Assembly (NCBI RefSeq): GCF_965660385.1
Contig: NZ_CBFHZT010000009.1
Coordinates: 8,646-72,645, forward strand
Direction: 5' to 3'
Length of the DNA: 64,000 bases
DNA from: Polaribacter sp.
GTDB taxonomy: Bacteria; Bacteroidota; Bacteroidia; Flavobacteriales; Flavobacteriaceae
In this document: piece by piece, positions 19,620-30,229 of the stretch
Numbering within the stretch: the first letter of the stretch is position 1
Layout: each line of letters opens with the position of its first letter
The notes under the pieces: generated by a model
Told to the model about the DNA's origin: nothing
What the model saw: only the letters and a program-made list of their open reading frames with translations
The model's database searches: none
Position numbers and translations under genes: made by a program

Positions 19620-21448
19620 TGAGTCACTTTAAGGACATTCTTAAATATGAAAGAGAATATAGAAAGTTTACACTTTTAAATATTCTCTTTAATATTTTTT
19701 ACGCCATTTTTAATGTTTTATCGGTTTTAGCTTTTATACCTGTACTCAATATTTTATTTGGTGTAAAAAAAGCAATTATAGAAAAACCTGTTTACGAAGG
19801 TATAGCCAATTTAGGTTCTTATTTAGAAGGGAGTTTCAATTATTACATTTCCAACAAAATTACTGAAGAAGGGCAAGTAAAAGTGTTATTATTTATATGT
19901 TTACTATCGCTTTCTTTATTCTTTTTCAAAAATCTCTTTCGATATTTAGCATCTTATGTCATTACTTTTTTAAGAACTGGTATTGTTAAAGACTTAAGAG
20001 ACAATTTATACCGCAAAATTGTAGAATTGCCCATCTCCTATTTTACAGAAAAAAGAAAAGGAGACATTATTGCAAGAATGACTGCTGATGTACAAGAAGT
20101 TGAAAACTCGATTTTAACATCAATTGAAACCTTGGTTAGAGAACCACTAACCGTGGTTATTTCTATTGGAATAATGCTTTTTATCAGTTTAAAATTAACA
20201 CTATTTGTTTTTATTTTATTGCCAGTTTCTGGTTTTATCATTTCATCCATCAGTAAAAAATTAAAATCGCAATCTGTAAAAGCTCAAAAAGAAACCGGTA
20301 CATTTTTGTCTTTTATTGAAGAAACGTTAACGGGTTTACGCGTTATAAAAGGATTTAACTCAGAAAAAATTATTGAACGTAAGTTTAACGAATCGACTGC
20401 TACATTTAGAAAATTAATGACTAGTGTTTTTCATAGGCAAACTTTAGCTTCACCTATGAGTGAATTTTTAGGCTCTGCCACCATTATTACCATTCTTTGG
20501 TATGGAGGTACAGAGGTGTTGGAAAATACAAGTAGTTTAGAAGCTGGTAAATTTATGGGTTATATTGTACTGTTCTACACGGTTTTAAATCCTATAAAAT
20601 TAATTACCACTACTTTTTATAATATTAAAAAAGGTGAAGCTTCTGCACAAAGAATTATGCAAGTTTTACAGACAGAAAATAGTATTAAAGACAAACCAGA
20701 TGCTTTGGTTAAAAACGGATTTAATCATAAAATTGAATTTAAAAACATTTCTTTTAAATATAAAGATGAGTATGTTTTACAAGATTTTTCTTTAACCATA
20801 AACAAAGGAGAAACGGTTGCTTTGGTAGGGCAATCAGGAAGTGGAAAATCTACCTTAGCGAATTTAATAACTCGTTTTTACGATGTAAATAAGGGTGATA
20901 TTTGTATTGATGACATCAACATAAAAGATATTACTAAAAAATCTTTACGAGATTTAATGGGTATTGTAACGCAAGACTCAATTTTATTTAACGATACTGT
21001 AGAAAACAATATTAAATTAGGAACAGAAAATGCTACTGATAAAGCAATCTTAGAAGCCTCTGAAATTGCCAATGCTAATGAGTTTATTCAGAATTTACCT
21101 GATAAATTTCAAACAAATATTGGTGATAGTGGAGGAACACTTTCTGGCGGACAAAAACAACGTTTATCGATTGCAAGAGCTGTTTTAAAAAACCCACCAA
21201 TTATGATTTTAGACGAAGCTACTTCTGCTCTAGATACAGAGTCTGAACAATTGGTACAAATTGCTTTAGAAAAAATGATGCAAAACAGAACATCTATGGT
21301 TATTGCACATAGATTATCTACCATACAAAAAGCAGATAAAATTGTAGTGCTACGAAAAGGTAAAATTGTTGAGCAAGGCAAACACGAAGCGTTACTTTTA
21401 CAAAAAGGCGAGTATTTTAAATTGGTAACCATGCAAAGTTTAAGTTAA
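19619..21448 (+). CDS. ABC transporter permease/ATP-binding protein (MsbA-like)
   Basis: TM domain plus GQSGSGKS, LSGGQKQR and ILDEATSALD. Confidence 0.93.
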   Translation: MSHFKDILKYEREYRKFTLLNILFNIFYAIFNVLSVLAFIPVLNILFGVKKAIIEKPVYEGIANLGSYLEGSFNYYISNKITEEGQVKVLLFICLLSLSLFFFKNLFRYLASYVITFLRTGIVKDLRDNLYRKIVELPISYFTEKRKGDIIARMTADVQEVENSILTSIETLVREPLTVVISIGIMLFISLKLTLFVFILLPVSGFIISSISKKLKSQSVKAQKETGTFLSFIEETLTGLRVIKGFNSEKIIERKFNESTATFRKLMTSVFHRQTLASPMSEFLGSATIITILWYGGTEVLENTSSLEAGKFMGYIVLFYTVLNPIKLITTTFYNIKKGEASAQRIMQVLQTENSIKDKPDALVKNGFNHKIEFKNISFKYKDEYVLQDFSLTINKGETVALVGQSGSGKSTLANLITRFYDVNKGDICIDDINIKDITKKSLRDLMGIVTQDSILFNDTVENNIKLGTENATDKAILEASEIANANEFIQNLPDKFQTNIGDSGGTLSGGQKQRLSIARAVLKNPPIMILDEATSALDTESEQLVQIALEKMMQNRTSMVIAHRLSTIQKADKIVVLRKGKIVEQGKHEALLLQKGEYFKLVTMQSLS

Positions 21449-21459
21449 AATGAATACAG

Positions 21460-21486
21460 TTTTAAACAAGCTAAAAACGTTTAAAA
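21460..21486. terminator. Weak possible bidirectional terminator between the convergent ABC and pyc genes
   Basis: TTTTAAAC / GTTTAAAA 8-bp inverted repeat with 11-nt loop. AT-only stem, so weak. Confidence 0.25.
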
Positions 21487-21524
21487 ATAATTATCATCAT
21501 CAAAAAATAACTTAATTAAAAGTT

Positions 21525-24500
21525 TTAAGCTAACTCAATTACTAAATCGTCAGAATTTACCATAGTACCTTCTTTTAAAACAATTTTTTTAATGGTTGCA
21601 TCGTTATTTGCAGTTATTGTGGTTTCCATTTTCATAGCTTCAATAATAAACAAAGGTTGATTTTTAGTGATTTTATCACCATTTTTCACCAAAATCGTTG
21701 ATAATAACCCTTGTAAAGGAGCGCCAATTTGAGAGGCATCATCTTTATCTATTTTTGTATTCTGAATGGTATTTACTTTAATAGATTCATCCTTAATTAA
21801 CACTGTTCTTCCTTGTCCATTTACTTTAAAATAAATTGTAACTAAACCTTTATTATTTGGTTTACTGATGGAATCTAATGTAATTAACAAGGTTTTTCCA
21901 CGATCTAAATCTACTGTAATTTCTTCGCCAATTTCTATACCATAAAAGAAATTTTTTGTTGGTAAATTAGTTAGGTTATCATATTTTAAATGTTTATTGT
22001 AAGCATCTGTAAAAACTTTAGGGTACAATTTGTAAGATAAAAAATCGGTAAAATCAATTTTTCTACTTAAATCATTTTCAAATATTTTTTTGAACTCTGC
22101 ATATTCAACTTCAAAATCTATTGGAGCCAAATGCGCATTGGGTCTTTCATTGTATGGTTTTTGATCTTTTAAAATAATTTTCTGTAATTTTTCTGGAAAA
22201 CCACCTACAGGTTGCCCTAAATCTCCCTTAAAAAGACTCACTACAGATTGTGGAAAAGAGATGGTCTCCCCTCTTTCTAAAACATCATTTATGGTTAAAT
22301 TGTTACTCACTAAATACTGAGCCATATCTCCCACTACTTTAGAGCTTGGTGTAACTTTGGTAATATTACCAAACAACGTATTTACCTCTCCATACATTTT
22401 TGTGATTTCGTGAAAACGACTTTCCAAGCCAAGTGCCTGTGCTTGTGGTTTTAAATTTGAATACTGTCCTCCAGGAATTTCATGTTGAAACACCTCTCCT
22501 GAACCAGCTTTTAAACCAGATTCAAAAGGATAATAATATTCTCTTACAGTTTCCCAATAATTAGAATATTCATTTAATGAAGTTATATTTATTGGATTTT
22601 CTCTTTCGTGAAACTTCATCATCTCTACAACTGAATTAAAATTCGGTTGTGATGTTAAGCCAGATAAACCACTTAAAGCAACATCAACTACATCCACACC
22701 TGCTTCAATGGCTTTTAAATACGTGGCAGATTGTATAGATGATGTATCGTGCGTATGCAAATGAATTGGAATACTCAATTCTGATTTTAATGCAGTAACC
22801 AATTCTGATGCTGCATAAGGTTTTAATAAACCAGCCATATCTTTAATAGCTAAAATATGCGCACCCGCATTTTCTATTTCTTTGGCTAATTCCAGGTAAT
22901 ATTTTAAATTATATTTTGTGTTATTTACGTCTAAAATATCACCTGTATAACAAATTGCACCTTCTGCCAAACCTTTGGTTTTTGTACGTACATGTTCTAT
23001 GCAAGGCGCTATGGATTTCATCCAATTAAGAGAATCGAAAATTCTAAATAAATCGACTCCATTTTCCCAAGATTGCTCAACAAACTTACCAATTAAGTTA
23101 TCAGGATAAGCTGTATAACCTACTCCATTTGAGCCTCTAATTAACATCTGTAGTAATACATTTGGCATTTTGGCTCTTAGTAAACGTAACCTTTCCCAAG
23201 GGTTTTCTTGTAAAAAACGCAAACAAACATCAAAAGTGGCTCCTCCCCAAACTTCCATACTAAAAATATTAGGATGATTTTTTGCATATCCTTCTGCAAC
23301 TTTTAGCATATCAAAAGTCCGCATTCTTGTAGCTAATAAACTTTGATGAGCATCACGCATTGTGGTATCTGTAAAATGAATTTTCTTTTCATTTTTTAAC
23401 CATTTAGAAAATCCTTCAGGGCCTAATTCTGTTAACAAATCTTTTGTCCCTTTTGGATAAGCAGCATGTCTATCAAAAGCAGGAACTTTTGGTTTTATAA
23501 AAGTTTTAGATGCATCTATTTTTTTAACGTCTTTATTACCATTCACAGTAATATCTCCCAAATAGGTAATAAGTTTATTAGCTCTATTTCTTGGTGCTTT
23601 AAAAGCAAACAAACTTGGTGTTGATTTTATGAAATTTACTGTAATTTCTCCTTTTCTAAAAGAGTCATGTTGCAAAATATTGTCTAAAAAAGGCATATTT
23701 GTTTTTACACCTCGAATTCTAAATTCGCTTAATGCTCTTCTAATTTTTCTAGAAGCACCATCTAAAGTTCTGCCATGTGCAGTAACTTTAACCAACATTG
23801 AATCGAAAAAAGGTGAAATTTTAACCCCTTGATAAATACTTCCTGCATCTAAACGAATTCCGAAACCAGAAGCACTTCTGTACGTTGTTATGGAACCAAA
23901 ATCTGGTTTAAAATCATTTTGAGGATCTTCTGTAGTTATTCTACATTGTAATGCATACCCATTAATTGATATCGCTTCTTGACTGCTAATTTTTATTTGT
24001 TGATCTGATAATTTATAACCTCCAGCAATAAATAATTGTGTTTTTACCAAATCGATATTGGTAATTACTTCTGTAACTGTATGTTCTACTTGTATTCTTG
24101 GATTAACTTCTATAAAGTAAATAGATCCATCACTATCTACCAAAAACTCTACTGTACCAATATTGTTATATTGAACCGCTTTACAAATTTTGATGGCATA
24201 AATATACAACGCATCTTTTGTTTCTTGCGATAAACCATAAGAAGGCGCAAACTCAATTACTTTTTGATAACGTCTTTGTACAGAACAATCTCTTTCAAAT
24301 AAATGTACAGTATTGCCATAATTATCTGCAACAATCTGAATTTCAATATGTTTAGGATTTTCCACAAATTTTTCTAAAAAAACCGTGTCATCTCCAAAAG
24401 CATTTAAGGCTTCTCTTTTACTTTCTCCATAGGCTTTTTTCAATTCGCTTTCTTCACGAATTACACGCATTCCACGACCACCACCACCAGAAGCAGCTTT

Positions 24501-24977
24501 TAACATTACAGGATAACCAATTTCTTGAGCTTCGGTTAACGCAATTTCTAAATTATCTAAAGCGTTTTGATTACTTTGAATAATTGGAATATTATTTTCT
24601 ATGGCTACTGTTTTAGCGGTAATTTTATCACCCAAAGATTTTAAAACAGATACTTTAGGCCCAACAAAAATGATGTTATTTTCCTCACACTTTTGGGCAA
24701 AGTTTGCATTTTCGGATAAAAAACCATAACCAGGATGTATAGCATCTACATCATTTTCTTTAGCAATCTTAATTATGGCATCAATATCTAAATAAGGTTT
24801 TAGTGGCTGACTATCCTCGCCAATTTGGTAAGATTCATCGGATTTATATCGATGTAAAGAATACCGATCTTCATAGGTATAAATACCTACCGTTTTTACA
24901 TTTATTTCTGTACAGGCTCTAAATATTCTTATGGCAATTTCTCCTCTATTGGCAACTAAAACTTTATTAATTTTCAT
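21525..24977 (-). CDS. pyc: Pyruvate carboxylase
   Basis: Biotin carboxylase (VANRGEIA, GGGGRG, EVNPR), carboxyltransferase (RDAHQSL, HLHTHDT) and biotin carrier EAMKM. ATG at 24977 preferred. Confidence 0.96.
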   Translation of the reverse strand: MKINKVLVANRGEIAIRIFRACTEINVKTVGIYTYEDRYSLHRYKSDESYQIGEDSQPLKPYLDIDAIIKIAKENDVDAIHPGYGFLSENANFAQKCEENNIIFVGPKVSVLKSLGDKITAKTVAIENNIPIIQSNQNALDNLEIALTEAQEIGYPVMLKAASGGGGRGMRVIREESELKKAYGESKREALNAFGDDTVFLEKFVENPKHIEIQIVADNYGNTVHLFERDCSVQRRYQKVIEFAPSYGLSQETKDALYIYAIKICKAVQYNNIGTVEFLVDSDGSIYFIEVNPRIQVEHTVTEVITNIDLVKTQLFIAGGYKLSDQQIKISSQEAISINGYALQCRITTEDPQNDFKPDFGSITTYRSASGFGIRLDAGSIYQGVKISPFFDSMLVKVTAHGRTLDGASRKIRRALSEFRIRGVKTNMPFLDNILQHDSFRKGEITVNFIKSTPSLFAFKAPRNRANKLITYLGDITVNGNKDVKKIDASKTFIKPKVPAFDRHAAYPKGTKDLLTELGPEGFSKWLKNEKKIHFTDTTMRDAHQSLLATRMRTFDMLKVAEGYAKNHPNIFSMEVWGGATFDVCLRFLQENPWERLRLLRAKMPNVLLQMLIRGSNGVGYTAYPDNLIGKFVEQSWENGVDLFRIFDSLNWMKSIAPCIEHVRTKTKGLAEGAICYTGDILDVNNTKYNLKYYLELAKEIENAGAHILAIKDMAGLLKPYAASELVTALKSELSIPIHLHTHDTSSIQSATYLKAIEAGVDVVDVALSGLSGLTSQPNFNSVVEMMKFHERENPINITSLNEYSNYWETVREYYYPFESGLKAGSGEVFQHEIPGGQYSNLKPQAQALGLESRFHEITKMYGEVNTLFGNITKVTPSSKVVGDMAQYLVSNNLTINDVLERGETISFPQSVVSLFKGDLGQPVGGFPEKLQKIILKDQKPYNERPNAHLAPIDFEVEYAEFKKIFENDLSRKIDFTDFLSYKLYPKVFTDAYNKHLKYDNLTNLPTKNFFYGIEIGEEITVDLDRGKTLLITLDSISKPNNKGLVTIYFKVNGQGRTVLIKDESIKVNTIQNTKIDKDDASQIGAPLQGLLSTILVKNGDKITKNQPLFIIEAMKMETTITANNDATIKKIVLKEGTMVNSDDLVIELA

Positions 24978-25095
24978 ATTTCTTTTGGTTAATTGATGCA
25001 TTGCTTTAAAGATACAACAGTACAATCAATTTAAGAAATGAAAAATAAACCTATTTGTTTCAACAATGAAATTTCTAGTACTAAAACCAGATAAC

Positions 25096-26508
25096 CTATG
25101 ATTGTACTAAGCCTAGACTTAAGCCTTTTTGTAACATAAAATCGTATGAAGCTTGATGTTCGTTAGGTATTTTACCATCTAAAATAGCTTCTTTAATGGC
25201 TTCTTTAATAACCCCAATTTCTCTGCAAGGTTTTAAGTTAAAGGCTTGCATAATTTCTTCACCCGTAATTGGTGGTTGAAAATTTCTTACTCTGTCACGT
25301 TCTTCTACTTCTTTAATTTTGGTTCTTACCAATTCAAAGTTATTATGATAGCGTTTAAACTTTCTAGGGTTTTTTGTGGTAATATCTGCTTCACAAAGTG
25401 TCATTAAAGCATTAATTTCATCACCTGCATCGAAAACTAAACGTCTTACAGCAGAATCATTAACATCGGATGCTAAAACAATAGGTCTTGAACTTAATAA
25501 CACCATTTTTTGTACAAATTTCATTTTGGCATTCAATGGCATTTTTAATCGTTTAAAAATTTTATAAACCATTTTTGCACCCACAAATTCGTGGCTATGA
25601 AACGTCCAACCTACTTTTTTAGAAAATCTTTTTGTTGGTGCTTTACCAATATCGTGTAACAATGCAGCCCATCTTAACCAAACATCATTTGTATGTTGTG
25701 CAATATTATCTACAACCTCTAAGGTATGGTAAAAGTTATCTTTATGTTTTTGTCCCTCAACCTCTTCTACTCCTTTTAAAGCAATGAGTTCTGGTAAAAT
25801 TTGAGACAATAACTTGGTTTGCTCTAATAACAAAAACCCTATTGAAGGTTTTGGTGATGCCAATATTTTATTAAGTTCATCAACAATACGTTCTCTTGTA
25901 ATAATTTTAAGTCGATGTGCATTTTTTGTTATGGCAGCTAAAGATGATGGTTCAATTTCAAAATTAAGTTGTGTTGCAAAACGTATAGCACGCATCATTC
26001 TTAATGGATCATCAGAATAGGTAATATCAGGATTTAAAGGTGTTCTGATACATTTATCTGTTAAATCTTGTATGCCATTAAAAGGATCTAACAATTCACC
26101 AAAATTATGTTCATTTAAACTTAAAGCCAATGCATTTATGGTAAAATCTCTTCTGTTTTGATCGTCTTGTAAAGTACCAAGAGTAACCTCAGGATTTCTA
26201 GTATCCTCAGAATAGGATTCTTTTCTTGCACCAACAAACTCAATTTCTACCTCTTTATAACGCAACATTGCTGTACCATAGGTTTTAAAAACTTGTACTT
26301 TTGGTTTATTGGGTAGTAATTTTGAAACCTGTAATGCCAAATCAATTCCACTACCCACAGCAACAACATCAATATCTTTGGCTGTACCTCTTTTTAGAAA
26401 AAAATCACGCACAAAACCACCAATTACATAAGCATCGAGATGTATTTCTTTGGCAGCTTTAGAGATAATTTGAAAAATTTCTGATGAAATTGCTTCTGTG
26501 TACTTCAT
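25096..26508 (-). CDS. cca: CCA-adding tRNA nucleotidyltransferase with HD domain
   Basis: GGFVRD, DIDV, RRDFTINAL, DDPLRMMRA and LLHDIGK. TAAATTTG minus-strand promoter at 26531-26538. Confidence 0.92.
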   Translation of the reverse strand: MKYTEAISSEIFQIISKAAKEIHLDAYVIGGFVRDFFLKRGTAKDIDVVAVGSGIDLALQVSKLLPNKPKVQVFKTYGTAMLRYKEVEIEFVGARKESYSEDTRNPEVTLGTLQDDQNRRDFTINALALSLNEHNFGELLDPFNGIQDLTDKCIRTPLNPDITYSDDPLRMMRAIRFATQLNFEIEPSSLAAITKNAHRLKIITRERIVDELNKILASPKPSIGFLLLEQTKLLSQILPELIALKGVEEVEGQKHKDNFYHTLEVVDNIAQHTNDVWLRWAALLHDIGKAPTKRFSKKVGWTFHSHEFVGAKMVYKIFKRLKMPLNAKMKFVQKMVLLSSRPIVLASDVNDSAVRRLVFDAGDEINALMTLCEADITTKNPRKFKRYHNNFELVRTKIKEVEERDRVRNFQPPITGEEIMQAFNLKPCREIGVIKEAIKEAILDGKIPNEHQASYDFMLQKGLSLGLVQS

Positions 26509-26621
26509 AATTTTATTTGCAGTAAAAGCGCAAATTTATTGTTTTACAGACTTTAAAAGAAGAAAAAGTGTGATAACATTTGTATTTTTGCCTCAACTTC
26601 ATTTATCAAATTGATAATTAA

Positions 26622-27425
26622 ATGATTATTGTTAGAATTGTTGGTGGCCTTGGAAATCAAATGTTTCAATATGCGTATGCAAAAGCTTTGCAAGCAAGAG
26701 GCTTTGAGGTACAGATTGATATTTCAAAATTTAAAACTTACAAATTACATGGTGGTTATCAATTAGATAAATATAAAATTGATTTAGAAATTCCTAACGA
26801 TTTTAATTTGATATTATCAAAACTATATTTGAAAAAAAATCTAAAAGAAAAGAGTTTATTATTTGATGAAAATTTAATGCAATTGAATGGAAACGAATAT
26901 GTAAAAGGCTATTTTCAAACAGAAAAGTATTTTTTAAATATTAGACCTACTTTATTGCAACAGTTTACTTTAGAAAATTCATTTTCTGAAACTACTATAA
27001 GGTATCAAACAGAGATTAAAAATCAACAAAATTCTTGTGCCATTCACATAAGAAGAGGCGATTATATTTCTGATAAAAAAGCAAATAGTATTCATGGCAC
27101 TTGCGATTTATCTTATTATCAAAACGCAATTAAGCATGTACATAATCAATATAAAAACATTCATTTTTTTGTGTTTTCTGATGACATTTCTTGGACTAGA
27201 AATAATTTAAGAATTAACAACGCAACCTACATTAATCATAAAGTCATACCACATGAAGATCTGTATTTAATGAGTTTATGCAAAAATAATATTACTGCAA
27301 ACAGTAGTTTTTCTTGGTGGGGAGCTTGGTTAAATACAAATGAACAAAAAATGGTTATTTCACCCAAAAAATGGTTTAACCAAAAAGAAAATGAAGTGGC
27401 TTGTAAAAACTGGATTCAACTATGA
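26622..27425 (+). CDS. Alpha-1,2-fucosyltransferase (GT11)
   Basis: GGLGNQMFQYA, GYFQ, HIRRGDY and NSSFSWW motifs. TATTTTTG promoter-like element at 26583-26590. Confidence 0.9.
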   Translation: MIIVRIVGGLGNQMFQYAYAKALQARGFEVQIDISKFKTYKLHGGYQLDKYKIDLEIPNDFNLILSKLYLKKNLKEKSLLFDENLMQLNGNEYVKGYFQTEKYFLNIRPTLLQQFTLENSFSETTIRYQTEIKNQQNSCAIHIRRGDYISDKKANSIHGTCDLSYYQNAIKHVHNQYKNIHFFVFSDDISWTRNNLRINNATYINHKVIPHEDLYLMSLCKNNITANSSFSWWGAWLNTNEQKMVISPKKWFNQKENEVACKNWIQL

Positions 27426-28171
27426 TGTCTTATAAAGTATATTACATCAACTTAGACAAAAGCACAGAGAGACGTGCCTTTATGGAAAATCAGTTTAAAC
27501 AACTGAATATTCCCATTACAAGAATTGCTGCCATTTATGGAAAAGCGTTAGATGCTGACATTCTAAAAAAAGAAAAGAAAAAACACAACCTCTTAGCCCA
27601 TTTTCCTTATCCAAATGATGGTGAAATTGGTATTTGTTTAACACATTTTAAGTTGTGGAAGTTTTTATCAAAACAACCGGAAGAATTTTCCATAATTTTA
27701 GAAGATGATGCACTTGTTCAAGAAGATTTCTTTAAAGATTTAGAACAACTCTTATCACAAATTACTACTAATGATTTTTTAGACATTTCTGGGAAAAAAG
27801 GGTTTTATCCAATAGAAAAAAATGAGCTTCTTACAAAATTTTTAATGCCTCCTGTTTTAATGATTGGGCAAATTATAGGTAAAAATGCAACAAAAAAGTT
27901 ATCTAATAATTTAAGTGATTACTATGCCCCTATTGATGTAATGAAGCAGGATGTTTATAAGCATAGCGTACCTTTATATTCTACCAACAAAAAATATGTG
28001 GTTAGTGTTGATAAGAAAATGGGAGGAAGTACGATACAACAAAACAATATGATTGTTTGGAAAAAAGTGATTCGTGAAATTCTACGTCCTGTTTGGCAAT
28101 TTTTTAGTTTAATAACCTACAAATTACAAAGATGTATTAGAAACTACCTGTTTTATAAATCTTTAAGCTAA
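27422..28171 (+). CDS. GT25 glycosyltransferase (Lex2B/LgtB-like)
   Basis: YYINLDKSTERR, GEIGICLTH and ILEDD motifs. 4-bp overlap with the GT11 gene. Confidence 0.85.
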   Translation: MMSYKVYYINLDKSTERRAFMENQFKQLNIPITRIAAIYGKALDADILKKEKKKHNLLAHFPYPNDGEIGICLTHFKLWKFLSKQPEEFSIILEDDALVQEDFFKDLEQLLSQITTNDFLDISGKKGFYPIEKNELLTKFLMPPVLMIGQIIGKNATKKLSNNLSDYYAPIDVMKQDVYKHSVPLYSTNKKYVVSVDKKMGGSTIQQNNMIVWKKVIREILRPVWQFFSLITYKLQRCIRNYLFYKSLS

Positions 28172-28210
28172 TTATAGTTTTGTACCATTACCTTAAATCA
28201 AAAAAGCCAA

Positions 28211-28316
28211 CAAACAAGTTTAGCCCAGATTGAAATGGCATCCTTTTTCTTTTTGAGATTCCGGCCTTTGCAGGAATCTTAAAAGAAAAAGATATAATGG
28301 AAAGCTGGAAATAGCT
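28211..28316. repeat. Structured intergenic repeat, copy 2 of 3
   Basis: CAAACAAGTTTAGCCCAGATTG ... GAAAGCTGGAAATAGCT with an internal ~19-bp hairpin. Confidence 0.85.
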
Positions 28317-28359
28317 ACAAAAAACCAATACAGGTGCTGAAACTAGTTCAGCATAAACA

Positions 28360-30039
28360 CTACTTGTTCATTTTAATAGAATCTATTCGTTTTTGCAGTC
28401 GTTTTATTTCTTCTAACTTTTTTTGTTGGTTAGATAAGAGCTGAATGGAATCTAAAATTGCTCGGTTTTGCTCTAAAATGGTTTTCTCTTTTTCGAAATA
28501 AATATTTTGGTTTTCACTGGTTCTCCAGGCTTCATTAAGTTGCAAATATACTTGTTCATTCCATTTGCTGGGGTGTTTGGCATCAATCCAAATTACATCT
28601 CTATATTCTGCATCAATTAGCGCCAAATCTGGAGTTGCAGCACCATCAAATTGTGCATTTTCTTTTTTTATCGCAGAAATGGTACTGAGAAAAAACATAC
28701 GTTTACGACCTGCAATTTCCTTAATATAAGGTCTAAATTCTACAGGTTTGTTTACAGACCAATCGTATTCTTTACGAGATTCAATGACCTTTAATGGCAT
28801 TGCAGAAACGCCTGCATAACCTTCTTTTTTAGCAGCATGATCGTAAAAATACAACGCATTTGTACCATCTGCAGGAATAAAAACGCTGAAGGTTAAACTG
28901 GTTCTTTCTGCACCCACAGGTTCTAAACCAAACCAATGGTATAAACCACTGTAAGCACCAGTTTTGGTATCAGAAAAATCGAAATCGGTTACATAAGGTT
29001 GTTGGTTTTGATCGTCTGGTAATTGTGGAATTTTAACTGCAGTTTTCATATTCCAAGGCAAAGGATCTGAAAATCCACCTAAAAATTTTAAACTTTCAGC
29101 CTGTAATTTAGATACTTTTTCTGATAAGGTATTTTGTTTGGTTAAATAAGCATAGTTTTGCATTGCTGAAGGCGCAATGTACTTTCCAATACCAATGGTT
29201 ATTCTTTCAAAATAATTATGATCTCCATTATCAATAACCATTACACCACCAAAAGTTGGATATGGAAAAAAGAAACCTTTCCATTTTATCAAGCTCACCA
29301 CTTGTACCCAAGCTCCTTTATCGTTTTTCATATAATAGGTATCGCTTGGTTCGTAGTTGAACAACTGCCAAAGGTTAAAACGCTGTACAACTGCATTGTA
29401 AGTGTTTCTGCTAAATTTTAAAGATTCTCCGATTGTGAATTTAACCGGAATTCTATTTTCATTAGAAAACCTTGGAAAAGGTGTGGTACTAGAAACCGAA
29501 AAAACTTCTTCAGTATCGTCTTTAATGCCTTGCCAAGTATATTTTTCGGTAGGTTGAATAGCCATTGTCCATTGATTGTTATTATCTACTCTTACCAAGT
29601 GTGGTAAGGAAACATCTTTGGTTTCGCCTACAGATTCATTTGCCATAGAAAAGATATTTCTTAAAGGCTGAATTCTTTCGTTTTGGGTTAAAGGCAACTC
29701 TACAATTTCTATGCGATTTAAGTCGTTGAACACATTATAAGTCTGCATATAATTGTACATTTTGGAATGGAATCCAATATAATATATCAATCCGAAAAAA
29801 AGCGCTAAAAGACCTAATACACCAATGCGTTTGCCTGTACTCGCTAATTTCCTGAATTTTCGTAGGCCAAAAAACAAGACCATAAAGCACAATAAAATAA
29901 TGAAAATATATTTTCTGAAAAATAATAATGCTGGTTGATAATCATCTCTTAAAAAGAAGAGTAACCCAATTATCAATAATGATAAAAGAATGATGTTTCT
30001 TTTTTGTTTTGCTCCTTTTTGCCAATATGTTTTGATCAT
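28360..30039 (-). CDS. Hypothetical membrane protein (about 3 N-terminal TMs plus a large soluble domain)
   Basis: 559-aa ORF with hydrophobic N-terminal helices and a C-terminal coiled coil. No family recognised. Confidence 0.75.
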   Translation of the reverse strand: MIKTYWQKGAKQKRNIILLSLLIIGLLFFLRDDYQPALLFFRKYIFIILLCFMVLFFGLRKFRKLASTGKRIGVLGLLALFFGLIYYIGFHSKMYNYMQTYNVFNDLNRIEIVELPLTQNERIQPLRNIFSMANESVGETKDVSLPHLVRVDNNNQWTMAIQPTEKYTWQGIKDDTEEVFSVSSTTPFPRFSNENRIPVKFTIGESLKFSRNTYNAVVQRFNLWQLFNYEPSDTYYMKNDKGAWVQVVSLIKWKGFFFPYPTFGGVMVIDNGDHNYFERITIGIGKYIAPSAMQNYAYLTKQNTLSEKVSKLQAESLKFLGGFSDPLPWNMKTAVKIPQLPDDQNQQPYVTDFDFSDTKTGAYSGLYHWFGLEPVGAERTSLTFSVFIPADGTNALYFYDHAAKKEGYAGVSAMPLKVIESRKEYDWSVNKPVEFRPYIKEIAGRKRMFFLSTISAIKKENAQFDGAATPDLALIDAEYRDVIWIDAKHPSKWNEQVYLQLNEAWRTSENQNIYFEKEKTILEQNRAILDSIQLLSNQQKKLEEIKRLQKRIDSIKMNK

Positions 30040-30062
30040 TTTTCTTTTAATGTTTGGTTTAA

Positions 30063-30139
30063 GATGTTTGAGGTTTGAGGTTTGAGGTTTGATGCTTGAT
30101 GCTTGATGTTTGATGTTTGATGTTTGATGTTTGATGTTT
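30063..30139. repeat. Tandem heptamer array, 11 units of GAKGYTT
   Basis: Counted GATGTTT, 3x GAGGTTT, 2x GATGCTT, 5x GATGTTT. An inverted degenerate partner lies at 30203-30230. Confidence 0.95.
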
Positions 30140-30229
30140 ATAACTCAAAACAATTTATTTTAAATTTTAACTATTTATTGTTGGAATCCTAAACTAACAT
30201 GTTACATCCAGCATCAAGCTTCCAACTCC

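Noticed and set aside
30063-30139. CRISPR array
   Set aside because: A 7-nt tandem unit with no unique spacers; it is a microsatellite.
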